A DNA stretch of 64,000 nt from Bdellovibrionales bacterium (GTDB lineage: Bacteria > Bdellovibrionota > Bdellovibrionia > Bdellovibrionales > UBA1609): assembly GCA_016716765.1 (NCBI GenBank), contig JADJVA010000009.1, positions 71,013 through 135,012 on the forward strand, given 5' to 3'. Shown piece by piece: positions 8,341-19,212 of this stretch (positions are counted from its first letter, which is position 1; every line of letters starts with the position of its first letter). The notes beneath the pieces are model-generated. The model was not told where the DNA came from. It saw only the letters and a list, made by a program, of their open reading frames with translations, and searched no databases. The position numbers and the translations under genes were made by a program.

Positions 8341-9638
8341 CCTCCAATTTTCAATCAACTTTGATTCTCAGACAAGAGTACTTTGGGGGAATTCTTTTTA
8401 ATACCAAAGACGCAACCTATATGGAATTGGATCATGAAGCTTTTGATATGCTACAAAAGTATCTAACCCAAACTCCGATGCAAATGATCAAAGATATATT
8501 GGCCCTGAAAACTGAAGGAATGAAATTGTTTCGAGAGCTACTGGTAAGACATCTTCCGAGAGGTCACCAGAAAATTAAGCTCATAAGGAATGCGAAGTCT
8601 GATTTTTTGTCCGCACCCACACTTGTCGATCTCCAGGTCACTAATCAATGTTTTATGGATTGCCCGCATTGCTATGCTTCGTCGCATCCAGCGGGCCTTC
8701 ATGCCGATTTCGAATCGCTGAAGTCCATCATCAGTGATTGTTCTCGTATGGGTGTTTTCCAAATAGCGATAGGAGGCGGTGAACCTCTATTGCACCCTAG
8801 AATTTCAGAAATCCTCTATCTTATTCGGGAAAATGGAATAGTACCAAATCTTACTACCACTGGGCACAATTTAACATTGGAGAACCTCAAGGCCATAAAG
8901 GAAACTTGTGGAGCTGTCGCACTTAGTTTAGAGGGCCAAGGAAGGAATTTTTCAATTCATAGAAAAACTGGATGGGATTTCTTTCTTAAATCACTGAATA
9001 AATTGAATCATGCGAAGATTCCGGTCGTTTTTCAGGTTACTCTGAGTAAAGAAAATTTGGATAATTTGCCTGACATAGTGAATTTTGCTTTAGAGGAAAG
9101 AGATCTCTACGGCGTCATTTTTTTGGCCTACAAACCTGTGGGACGCGGAAAATTCTACAATCACTCTTTAAGTTCGGTCGATTCTGTTATGCTTCATGCT
9201 CAGCTGAAAGATACTTTTCTGAGACTCTCTAAACACACACGTGTTGGTTACGATTGCTGCTTAACTCCTGGGATTGTGGGAATCGAAGAGGATTTTGGCA
9301 TGGTGGAATTTGAACAACTGGAGGGATGTTCGGCCACGCGCAGTAGCCTTGGTCTAACAAACGATTTTGATGTTTTGCCATGCACATTTTTGCCTGAACT
9401 CAAGTTTGGAAATTTGAAAACGCAATCCTTGTCGGAGGTTTGGTTTAACTCAAGAACGGTTCGATTTCGAAATCGGCTCATCGGTCAAGCCGACAAGAAA
9501 CCAGTTTGCAGAGGATGTGACAGCAAGGCTTCATGTCTTGGTGGCTGTCCGATTTGGGATTTGGTCAATTGCAAAAACAATTACCTCGACCATAAGCCAC
9601 CAGCTGCGGAAAGTAACTTGGAGCTAATTGAATCCTAA
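8337..9638 (+). CDS. radical SAM / SPASM-domain enzyme with an N-terminal PqqD/RRE-like extension
   Basis: CxxxCxxC cluster CFMDCPHC. GGGEPLL SAM-binding motif. C-terminal auxiliary-cluster cysteines (DCC.., EGCSATR, LPCTF, CRGCDSKASCLGGC). About 95 aa precede the cluster and contain LILRQEYFGGILFNTKDATYMELD, reminiscent of peptide-recognition (PqqD-like) domains. Confidence 0.8.
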   Translation: MTSNFQSTLILRQEYFGGILFNTKDATYMELDHEAFDMLQKYLTQTPMQMIKDILALKTEGMKLFRELLVRHLPRGHQKIKLIRNAKSDFLSAPTLVDLQVTNQCFMDCPHCYASSHPAGLHADFESLKSIISDCSRMGVFQIAIGGGEPLLHPRISEILYLIRENGIVPNLTTTGHNLTLENLKAIKETCGAVALSLEGQGRNFSIHRKTGWDFFLKSLNKLNHAKIPVVFQVTLSKENLDNLPDIVNFALEERDLYGVIFLAYKPVGRGKFYNHSLSSVDSVMLHAQLKDTFLRLSKHTRVGYDCCLTPGIVGIEEDFGMVEFEQLEGCSATRSSLGLTNDFDVLPCTFLPELKFGNLKTQSLSEVWFNSRTVRFRNRLIGQADKKPVCRGCDSKASCLGGCPIWDLVNCKNNYLDHKPPAAESNLELIES

Positions 9639-9641
9639 GGC

Positions 9642-10898
9642 CTATTTCGTATTTTCGAGCCACTGATCCACTAGTTCCTTTTCTAACCATTCGGCTCGGT
9701 AAATTTGAATAGCCTGGTCAGTCTTGGAAACTCCAACTGGAACCTGCCACTTCCACACGACATCCCCCCATGAATCCACTTCTATGATTGCACTTCTGTT
9801 GCAACCGTAGGAGATGAGAGTGTTCCCATTTTTTAATCTCTGAACAGAACCGTAGTGTTTGCAAGACATTTTTCCAATTGGATTTTCCGTAAAATTCCAA
9901 ACGACATCTCCGGTGAGAGGGTTAATTTCAATGACATGAGAAAGTATTAGACGATCTGGTATCTGATCGGCATTAACAAAAAGGAGAATATTGTTGTTTT
10001 CAAGCCAACGGGCCGAATGAACTCCATGGCCACTTCTTACACGGTAGACCTTGACGGGCATTCGGGTTAACCGATCTACAATTAAAACCAATCCACTCAT
10101 CGCATCCGACAGAAGAATATTCCCCTCTCTAAATTCAGTGTGGTTCTCCATGAGGGAATTCTTTGGTATAGATTCAATCTTATTAAAATGAGTGAATCCG
10201 ATTGATTCGTGATTTTTGTTTCCGTCTCCCTTTTTGTATTTATGTGGGCCATTTAATGGGTGATTGATCAGCCCAGCTATTTCGCGCAAGTAATCAATGT
10301 CTCTCCAACGAAAAGTTTCCTTTCCGTCTTTGTCTATTTCAACGGCGATATCAATTCGCTCATATTGTTTCCCCCTTTTTCTGGAATCTAAACTGAAATA
10401 CAGGATTGATTGCTCGAGATACGACACTGACATATCGTGGGTCACAACTGAGGGGACCATCCACTCTTTTCGAAACGGGGTAAATTTGGAAATTCCGATT
10501 TCTTCGTGTGTTAAAAATGAAACGGCCTGACCGCCTTTTAGAAGATTGCAATATGAGCCAGGTATTTTGGCTACTGTTCTTCCGTCCATTTTAATAAGAG
10601 AACATCCCATTTCAAAGGTAATCACCAAAATATATCCGTCGTCGTAGAAGATACTATTTTGTTTTAGCATCAATACACCCTTGGCTCTTAATTGTGCCAA
10701 GGTTCCATTGTCTGTCTCATAGTGATCAAAGGATTGCAGCGCGACAGCTGCAACAATGAAAAAAAGTCCCACAATAATTGTTTTTATTTTTGGCAAAGAC
10801 GGTTTCTGAATTGAGAACATATGTATCATTTGAGTTAAGAGGCGGACTGCCAATTTGGCAGAAATTGTTCTCGGCTGACCTTGCTTTTGAAAGTCCAA
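9642..10898 (-). CDS. arylsulfotransferase (ASST)-like beta-propeller protein, membrane-anchored or secreted
   Basis: Repeated motifs typical of the ASST family: LKNGNTLISYG..AIIEVDSWGDVVWKW, VIEINPLTGDVVWNF, HSARWLENNNILLF. N-terminal hydrophobic anchor IIVGLFFIVAAVAL. The start may be ATG 10829 rather than 10898. Confidence 0.55.
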   Translation of the reverse strand: MDFQKQGQPRTISAKLAVRLLTQMIHMFSIQKPSLPKIKTIIVGLFFIVAAVALQSFDHYETDNGTLAQLRAKGVLMLKQNSIFYDDGYILVITFEMGCSLIKMDGRTVAKIPGSYCNLLKGGQAVSFLTHEEIGISKFTPFRKEWMVPSVVTHDMSVSYLEQSILYFSLDSRKRGKQYERIDIAVEIDKDGKETFRWRDIDYLREIAGLINHPLNGPHKYKKGDGNKNHESIGFTHFNKIESIPKNSLMENHTEFREGNILLSDAMSGLVLIVDRLTRMPVKVYRVRSGHGVHSARWLENNNILLFVNADQIPDRLILSHVIEINPLTGDVVWNFTENPIGKMSCKHYGSVQRLKNGNTLISYGCNRSAIIEVDSWGDVVWKWQVPVGVSKTDQAIQIYRAEWLEKELVDQWLENTK

Positions 10899-11827
10899 AT
10901 AGCGAAATCGATATAGTAGTGAACCATCATAAAGCCAACCATCAAATCGATGGGGTGAAACTGCCGTTTTTCCATCAAGAGAAAGCAGGCGTAGGTTGCC
11001 AATCCACTCAGAGCTATCAGCGGGAGCATGAAACCACCAAATTTAATTGCCCATTTTCCAAATTCAAAAGGGCAACTAATTTTATTCATTTTCATCATGA
11101 ACACCAAACCAAGGTAAGCGATGCTATGATGAGCATTGAAGACGTAGAATTGGGAATATTTCGGAAGATCTGCGGCGAACGGCCATGGTATGGTAACGAT
11201 TAGCGCCGTTGCAAAAAAAAGAAAGAATGGCAAAGAGCAGACACCCTTGCCAATCAGGTAAGCGAGATAAATGACAGAAGAAATTGCGACAATCAGACTG
11301 AAAATACTGGAAATATTCTGGGCAACTGGAGAACCTCCCCAGGCATCAACCGCCACACGCGCAGCTATCAATAGACAAAAAATTAATTTCTCTACATATC
11401 GTTCTAGATTAAGAGGAGTGGTTTCGGACTGCTGTCGATAGATCTGAAGAATCATATAATTTTGCATGCTCAGGTGAATGTTAGCAACGATCAAGGAGAA
11501 CTTAAAAAGAGATACCCATTGCCAGCTATGCCTTCCCTCTATGAAAAATATCGGAATCGTAAATCCAAGAAAGAGAACGATGGGAAGAATTAAGCGAAGA
11601 GCATAGTTCGTCATGGCAAGTCTGATCCGGTCCGCATGATCTTTTATCATGACAAATGTTGCCAAAAAATGAGGAAGTCGAACAAGGGGACCGTAAACAA
11701 AAGCTAAAAATGAGAGATCTCCAATGGTAGATCCAAATTGGCTAACAATGATGGCCGACGGAATCAGTATCCAAAAGCTAGAAAAGAAAATCAAATCAAA
11801 CCTCGGTGCCAATATCCAAGATTTCAT
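10835..11827 (-). CDS. polytopic membrane protein with four conserved His motifs (paralog P1)
   Basis: 330 aa, multiple TM helices. Motifs LPHFLAT, IHLSMQ, AHHSIAY and VHYYIDFAIW are shared with the ORFs at 31831-32946 and 33024-34280. Confidence 0.65.
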   Translation of the reverse strand: MKSWILAPRFDLIFFSSFWILIPSAIIVSQFGSTIGDLSFLAFVYGPLVRLPHFLATFVMIKDHADRIRLAMTNYALRLILPIVLFLGFTIPIFFIEGRHSWQWVSLFKFSLIVANIHLSMQNYMILQIYRQQSETTPLNLERYVEKLIFCLLIAARVAVDAWGGSPVAQNISSIFSLIVAISSVIYLAYLIGKGVCSLPFFLFFATALIVTIPWPFAADLPKYSQFYVFNAHHSIAYLGLVFMMKMNKISCPFEFGKWAIKFGGFMLPLIALSGLATYACFLLMEKRQFHPIDLMVGFMMVHYYIDFAIWTFKSKVSREQFLPNWQSAS

Positions 11828-12030
11828 CTCAAGATGACTCCATTTAGTGACAACTTTAATGTTGCCTTAAGAAGTGCAATTGTTGAAAGTAAAAAAATAA
11901 TACATTGCATTATTTGGATTGAGTGATTTTGATCCTTTGCTTTTCATCGGAGTTGAATCCGCCTTTTGCCCTGAGATACAATTCATCGTGGGCTGTGTAG
12001 TTTAACTGTGTAGTGGGGTGGATGGTGGGA

Positions 12031-13239
12031 ATGAATCGTCGTCAAGCTTTGTATGCAATTACTGGCGGGCTGGCATTGAGCAGCTCAGTGGGGATTGGGA
12101 TACGGTTGTTTCGACGCCAGTTTTCTCGGTCGGGTGAGGCCTCAGCCATTACACTGGGTAGCGACAGAGCGACGAAAGATACTTTTCTAACTGAGGCTTT
12201 TCTCGACTCTCATAGAATACAACAAGTTGAATTGCCAATGAAGGAGGGACATTCAGCCCTATGTTTGCCAGAGAGAAAACTGGTGTGCATCGGTCACAAA
12301 AGTACCACCAGCCTGTTTATAGATAGTGATAATAAGGTGATAAAGAAAATTGAGGCTCCTAAGGGATATATGTATGGGGGCCATGGGCTTGTCTTTCTAA
12401 ATCAAAAGCAAGTTTTACTCACTGCACATGCTGAGATTGCTGCTTCAGAAAAAGATGCTGGTTTAATACAAGTCTTTTCGCTGGATAAAATGGAACTCAT
12501 TCAGCAGTTTTCCAGCCATGGCATCCATCCACATGAAATCAGATTATTGCCAGATGAAAAATCGTATGTAGTCACTCATTATGGCATGTTATCGGAGGAG
12601 AATAATCCGAACCCTCAACACTTCACTTTTGGCGTTTTGAATCCGAAACTCAGTGTTTTTTCAGTTGAAACAAATTTGCCAATTGTCCATCATCCTGTGA
12701 CTCCAAGCTATGCTATCTTTACCCACATGGACGTCGGACCTGATGGGTTGGTCTATGGTGTAAATAATCAATATTGGCACACGGATTTTTTCAAAAAAAA
12801 CCGTCCGGAACATGAATTTGGCGATAATGATTTCAATCTAGATCCTCTTGAGGAAATAAAAGATCAAGTAGCTGTTCCACTTCCCTTGGTCGTTATTGAT
12901 CCAGCAACGGGCAAGCAAAAGGACATATTCACATCATCAAAAACTCAGCGGAGATCTCAATCAGTAGCAACAAATTTTCTGATGAAAAAGGTAATTGCAA
13001 CTTATCCTTATTCACATACGATTTTGATCGTTAATCAAGATTTTTCAGCCTCAACTGTCGATACTCGGTCTTTTGGAATCTCCGGAGTAAGGGGCGTCTG
13101 CGAAATTCCCTTTACAAGCAAGATCGTCATTACTGGAACAGAGGAAAATATCGCAGTGATTGATTTGAAATCCATGGAAAGAATCCAGTTTTTCCCTGCT
13201 AAATTGAATGCGTCCATTCATGTTTCAATTCGCACGTAA
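12031..13239 (+). CDS. DUF1513-like periplasmic beta-propeller protein with Tat signal
   Basis: Start moved to ATG 12031, giving MNRRQALYAITGGLALSSSVG (twin-arginine signal). GGHGLVF and HGIHPHEIRLLPD resemble DUF1513 signatures as I recall them. Confidence 0.5.
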   Translation: MNRRQALYAITGGLALSSSVGIGIRLFRRQFSRSGEASAITLGSDRATKDTFLTEAFLDSHRIQQVELPMKEGHSALCLPERKLVCIGHKSTTSLFIDSDNKVIKKIEAPKGYMYGGHGLVFLNQKQVLLTAHAEIAASEKDAGLIQVFSLDKMELIQQFSSHGIHPHEIRLLPDEKSYVVTHYGMLSEENNPNPQHFTFGVLNPKLSVFSVETNLPIVHHPVTPSYAIFTHMDVGPDGLVYGVNNQYWHTDFFKKNRPEHEFGDNDFNLDPLEEIKDQVAVPLPLVVIDPATGKQKDIFTSSKTQRRSQSVATNFLMKKVIATYPYSHTILIVNQDFSASTVDTRSFGISGVRGVCEIPFTSKIVITGTEENIAVIDLKSMERIQFFPAKLNASIHVSIRT

Positions 13240-13247
13240 TTGCGAAG

Positions 13248-13721
13248 TCACTTTTTTTCCCGTAGGCATCGATGAATGACGAGGTCCATAGTTGAAAGAA
13301 ATTGAGAACGACTTTCTTTTTCCATCGCTTTTGGTCCGGTATTTTTGTGACCAAGGTCTCTCAAATGTGAATTTAGACTTCTTATGGCCAACGCACTTCC
13401 AATGTTTTCTGAATCAAGTTCACGTCCTTTTGGCCCGACAACGCGGGCTCCACGTTGGATACATCTGTCAGCAAGCAGAAGATCAGAAGTGATCAAAATG
13501 TCACTTCTCTCGATATTTTCAGCAATCCAATCGTCGGCGGCATCAAATCCGCCTGACACCACTTTCATTTCAATAATGGGCTCAAAAGGAATATTGAGAT
13601 ATTGGTTGGCCACAAGGATCACCTTGATTTGGTGGCGTCGAGCAAGCTTGTAAATTTCTTCTTTTACAGCACAACCATCCGCATCGACGTAGATAATCAA
13701 ATCTGAACTCAATGGATCCAC
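13248..13721 (-). CDS. yaiI: YaiI/YqxD family protein (UPF0178/DUF188)
   Basis: IYVDADGCAVKEEIYKLARRHQIKVILVAN and ITSDLLLADRCIQRGARVVGPKG match the family pattern. About 150 aa. Confidence 0.8.
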   Translation of the reverse strand: MDPLSSDLIIYVDADGCAVKEEIYKLARRHQIKVILVANQYLNIPFEPIIEMKVVSGGFDAADDWIAENIERSDILITSDLLLADRCIQRGARVVGPKGRELDSENIGSALAIRSLNSHLRDLGHKNTGPKAMEKESRSQFLSTMDLVIHRCLREKK

Positions 13722-14042
13722 CCCTGGTACAAAGATAGAATCCAGTAATTTGATTTATATTCCATTGAATCCTCGGCATCGGATTATAAGCTAAATGAAA
13801 ACGAAATGTACCGCAAATGCTCCTTCACTTCCAGCTCGAAATCAGACTTGGTTTGCCCAATCGATTTGCAGCTGTTCGTTCATACGTATAAGTTAAGAAA
13901 CCCTAGATTTCACAAGAAGCCATAGGAATATGGAAATTTTTATGAGCAAATACAGCTACTTAGTATGGAAGACAAAAGACCTTACTTCAGAGGATGAATT
14001 GATTGGCCGATAAGACTTTAGGCGAGTCAACATTCATGGGAT

Positions 14043-16154
14043 ATGAGCACAATGAAACTTCGAACCTCTTTTTTCTCTAGGCAATCTGCCATAGCTTTAA
14101 TTGCGTTGTGTGGGATATATTTCTTTTATGCAAACTGTGGATTTCGATCCAATCGTTTTCTAGGAACGGCTGACGACGACAGCAATTATACCTATACAGG
14201 GGCCAGAACTATATTGGACAAACAAACAATTGTTATTCATCCGTTTGATCCAGGAGGGGGTGAAGACGAGCCTGAAGCCTTTGCTCGTGAGTTGGTTAAG
14301 ACATTTGGTGATTCCTCAAACTGGACAGGGATGAATTTGGGTTTTTCTCTTCTTTTGAGTCCGATGCAGGAAAAGGATGAGGCAATGGTCCTGCGTATCG
14401 ATAAAGCCTTTAAAGTGGCTCAGGAATTGAAGATTCGTCTTCTCATTCATATTAATCATGAGTGGCTCTTTGGCTTTTTTCCATCTTATGATCCTCAGTA
14501 TGGAAATCTAATGATTCAAACCATCACGGGCGTGAAAGCTCTCGGTTTTAATGATTATAAAAGAGTCGATAGCTCTTCTGAAATTGTGAAGCATGTTGAA
14601 TGGAAGAGTTGGACAGAGCCATATTCCAATTATCACCTCTTTTGGGGATCTGAAAGTATTCAGCCACCAAAAATCAATTACAAGAGTCCCTACATTCGCA
14701 CTCTTTTGACCCAAAAATCGATTGTGATAAAGGAGGCGATCGCGCAAGGATTGGCCAAATATATGTCCGAAGATAATTCATTGTTTTTGGGGCTTGACCT
14801 CGGGTGGGAAACATCGCTTGATGACAATGATAGCAACGACGGCTTAGGCCCAATCGGGTACAGGGCACTTATTGATTCCGGCTATGGCCCCGGTCAGCTC
14901 AATGACCAGGAAGTAAATGAATTCTTGGGAAAGACGGCAAAGGAGTACATTGATTTTGCTGCTTCTCTCTATGCATCACTATATATTCCAAAAGAAAAAA
15001 TGTTTTCTCATTACTTGCTTCTTGATAGGGATAGACATTTTCCTGGATACCGATACGAGCGATGGATTCGAAATCCATCTCATCTGGCAAAAGAGCAATC
15101 CATGATGATTCCGGGATTTAGCATGTACTGTACCACTGTTGACTGCGCGGAAATAAAGAATGAACTTCAGTCTGATGCTCCAAGCGATTGGGTGGTAACT
15201 GAGAGTGGTCCAAGTCTACTTCCAATTTTGATTAATGGATTTCCGGAATTGAACATTCGACCTCCTCGCTTCATGACACTTTATGCTTTTGGAGCGAACA
15301 TAAAAAATGATAGAGAGATGATTAAAACTATTTCTGATTTGTTGCGAAGAGCCCCACCAAAACCACCAGAGGAGGCTCCTGGTCTCGCAATTGGGTATAT
15401 CGATGGAGTTGGCGAAGGTCCTAACGGCACAGTCGGAGTAGGTGGTTGGGCCTGTGTTCCGAAGAATGCATTGAGTATAAAGATAAGAATCTACGCAGGA
15501 GGAGCTGCAAATCAAGGAGGTACCTTGATTGCTGAAACGCTGGCAGATAGTGTGCGAGATGATGCTGGAGTGCAGTCTCTCTGTGAGACGAATTTCACAA
15601 GATATGGTTTTGCTTATCTCATCAGTCCTCAAGATAGATTGATCCATGCAAATAAAAAAATCTATGTTCATGGTGTTTCGACGGACTTCGGTGGTAGGAA
15701 TGAAGAACTCAAAAATTCAGGAAGGTTTTCGGTCATAGCACCTGTGGAACCACCGCCAACCATTCAACCATTAGTTCCTGGTCCGGCAATCGGGTATATC
15801 GATGGAGTTGGCGAAGGTCCTAACGGCACAGTCGGAGTAGGTGGTTGGGCCTGTGTTCCGAAGAATGCATTGAGCATAAAGATAAGAATCTACGCAGGAG
15901 GAGCTGCAAATCAAGGTGGTACCTTGATTGCTGAAACGCTTGCAGATCATGTGCGAGATGATGCTGGAGTAAAGTCTCTCTGCCAGACGAATTTCACGAA
16001 ATATGGTTTTGCTTATCTCATCAGCCCTCAAGACAGACTGATCCATGCCAATAAGAAAATCTATGTTCATGGTGTTTCGGCGGACTTCGGTGGTAGCAAT
16101 GAACTGCTTGGACATTCTGGAGATTTTTCAGTGCCCCCGACCGTCATGCACTAG
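14043..16154 (+). CDS. probable lipoprotein with unknown N-terminal domain and two tandem C-terminal beta-sandwich-like modules
   Basis: Signal/lipobox-like IALCGIYFFYANCG. The C-terminus holds two 133-aa copies of GYIDGVGEGPNGTVGVGGWACVPKNALSIKIRIYAGG... Confidence 0.6.
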   Translation: MSTMKLRTSFFSRQSAIALIALCGIYFFYANCGFRSNRFLGTADDDSNYTYTGARTILDKQTIVIHPFDPGGGEDEPEAFARELVKTFGDSSNWTGMNLGFSLLLSPMQEKDEAMVLRIDKAFKVAQELKIRLLIHINHEWLFGFFPSYDPQYGNLMIQTITGVKALGFNDYKRVDSSSEIVKHVEWKSWTEPYSNYHLFWGSESIQPPKINYKSPYIRTLLTQKSIVIKEAIAQGLAKYMSEDNSLFLGLDLGWETSLDDNDSNDGLGPIGYRALIDSGYGPGQLNDQEVNEFLGKTAKEYIDFAASLYASLYIPKEKMFSHYLLLDRDRHFPGYRYERWIRNPSHLAKEQSMMIPGFSMYCTTVDCAEIKNELQSDAPSDWVVTESGPSLLPILINGFPELNIRPPRFMTLYAFGANIKNDREMIKTISDLLRRAPPKPPEEAPGLAIGYIDGVGEGPNGTVGVGGWACVPKNALSIKIRIYAGGAANQGGTLIAETLADSVRDDAGVQSLCETNFTRYGFAYLISPQDRLIHANKKIYVHGVSTDFGGRNEELKNSGRFSVIAPVEPPPTIQPLVPGPAIGYIDGVGEGPNGTVGVGGWACVPKNALSIKIRIYAGGAANQGGTLIAETLADHVRDDAGVKSLCQTNFTKYGFAYLISPQDRLIHANKKIYVHGVSADFGGSNELLGHSGDFSVPPTVMH
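15381..16154 (+). repeat. in-frame 399-bp tandem duplication (second copy slightly shorter, ends at the stop codon)
   Basis: CCTGG at 15378 recurs at 15777 (offset 399 = 133 codons). The first ~160 nt of the two copies differ at only a few positions. The encoded copies share a 53-aa identical run. Confidence 0.9.
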
Positions 16155-16191
16155 TTTTTCAGATTTTTAAAGTAATTTCTGAAAAAGTCGA

Positions 16192-17589
16192 TTATCTGTT
16201 CACAATAGAAAAACGCGAGGTAAAATGCCTTAAAAATGGAGGTTCCCAGGTAATCTTCATCCCTCGAATTCCATTTTTGTTCTGAGCTAGTTCGGCCATG
16301 CCTTCAAGAATATAGTCAAAATGGCTCTGCGTGTAGACCCGGCGAGGAAATGCAAGTCGCACCAGTTCCATCGGTGCAGCTTGAAATTTCCCGTCCACCG
16401 TTTTGCCAAACATTACCGAACCGATTTCACAAGAGCGGATTCCTTCAGCTAAGAACATTTCACAAACTAAAGCTTGCCCCGGTAGTTGATCCTGCGGAAT
16501 ATGTGATAGAAAACTCTTGGCATCGATATAGACAGCATGCCCCCCGGCTGGTTGCATGGTCGGAATTCCCAATTTATTTAATCCTTCAGCCATGTATCGT
16601 GATACAGCGATACGATAAGAAAGATAAGATTCATCGAGAACCTCTGTAAGACCGACAGCCAAAGCTTCCAGGTCCCTCGCAGCAAGACCTCCGTAGGTTG
16701 GAAAACCCTCTGTAAGAATAAGCGAGGCACGCAGGGAGGCTAACCAATGATCATTCTTCAGTGCAATAAAACCGCCGATATTTGAAAGAGCATCCTTTTT
16801 CCCGCTCATCATGCAACCATCTGCCAGAGAAAAGGTTTCTTGAGCGATGTCTCTTACAGAACGAGATTCTTGCCCTCGTTCTCGCAATTTTATCAGATAG
16901 CTATTCTCAGCGAATCGACAAGCGTCCAAAATAAATGGAATTCCATATTTCTTATAAATCTTTGAGGCTTCTCGAATATTCTCTAAAGAAACTGGTTGGC
17001 CCCCGCCCGAATTGTTCGTGATAGTCAACATACCACACGGAATTTGGGTCCGATGTTCAGAACAAAAGGAATCAAGCTTTTCTAAATCAATATTTCCTTT
17101 GAAGGGGTGCATTTTTGCAGGGTCTTTTCCCTCTTCAATGACCAAATCGACGGCTTCTGCACCAGATTGTTCGATGTTGGCACGAGTGGTATCAAAGTGA
17201 TTATTAGACGGTATCTTCATTCCTGGTTTGAGAATGACTCCAAAAAGCAGGCGCTCGGCTGCCCGTCCCTGGTGAGTGGGGATAACATATTGATAACCGG
17301 TAATGTCACGGACTGCATGCTGGAATCGTTCAAAGCTGGTTGAACCTGCGTAGCTCTCATCAGCGACCATCATTGCGCCCCATTGAGCGGCACTCATGGC
17401 GCTCGTTCCGCTATCGGTCAGGAAATCGAAGGTCACATATTTTGCTGCAACTAAAAATAAATTGTATCCCGCTTCCTCAAGAATCTTCTTTCTGCTTGCA
17501 CGAGAGTGAAACGGAAGGGGCTCTACCATTTTAATTTTGAATGGTTCTATTATGGTTCGTTGGCGTTTTGGTTGATTTTCAAGTTTCAT
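16192..17589 (-). CDS. tnaA: tryptophanase (tryptophan indole-lyase), PLP-dependent beta-eliminating lyase
   Basis: Full-length family match (FLTDSGTSAM, PTHQGRAAE, MSGKKD PLP lysine, FPTYGGL). It has Asp in HFDTTR and His in LRHFTSRF, the positions that are Asp137/His463 in E. coli TnaA. Confidence 0.8.
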   Translation of the reverse strand: MKLENQPKRQRTIIEPFKIKMVEPLPFHSRASRKKILEEAGYNLFLVAAKYVTFDFLTDSGTSAMSAAQWGAMMVADESYAGSTSFERFQHAVRDITGYQYVIPTHQGRAAERLLFGVILKPGMKIPSNNHFDTTRANIEQSGAEAVDLVIEEGKDPAKMHPFKGNIDLEKLDSFCSEHRTQIPCGMLTITNNSGGGQPVSLENIREASKIYKKYGIPFILDACRFAENSYLIKLRERGQESRSVRDIAQETFSLADGCMMSGKKDALSNIGGFIALKNDHWLASLRASLILTEGFPTYGGLAARDLEALAVGLTEVLDESYLSYRIAVSRYMAEGLNKLGIPTMQPAGGHAVYIDAKSFLSHIPQDQLPGQALVCEMFLAEGIRSCEIGSVMFGKTVDGKFQAAPMELVRLAFPRRVYTQSHFDYILEGMAELAQNKNGIRGMKITWEPPFLRHFTSRFSIVNR

Positions 17590-17595
17590 TTCGGA

Positions 17596-19106
<1,511 letters not shown>

Positions 19107-19212
19107 CTCATCTAGACCTGTTAGGCTAAGGAGTAGCTGCGTCACAGAATCACATTTGCAGTTTTTATTATAAAGCCAAGCAATGTAACATATTATTTGC
19201 AGATAGGAAAGT

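Noticed and set aside
8107-10898. Functional links between the ASST-like protein and either Tyr in the rSAM-associated peptide (sulfated RiPP) or phenol made by the tpl gene 6 kb away.
   Set aside because: The ASST-like gene is convergent to, not co-transcribed with, the rSAM operon and is separated from tpl by unrelated genes. Nothing in the sequence ties them together, so this stays speculation.
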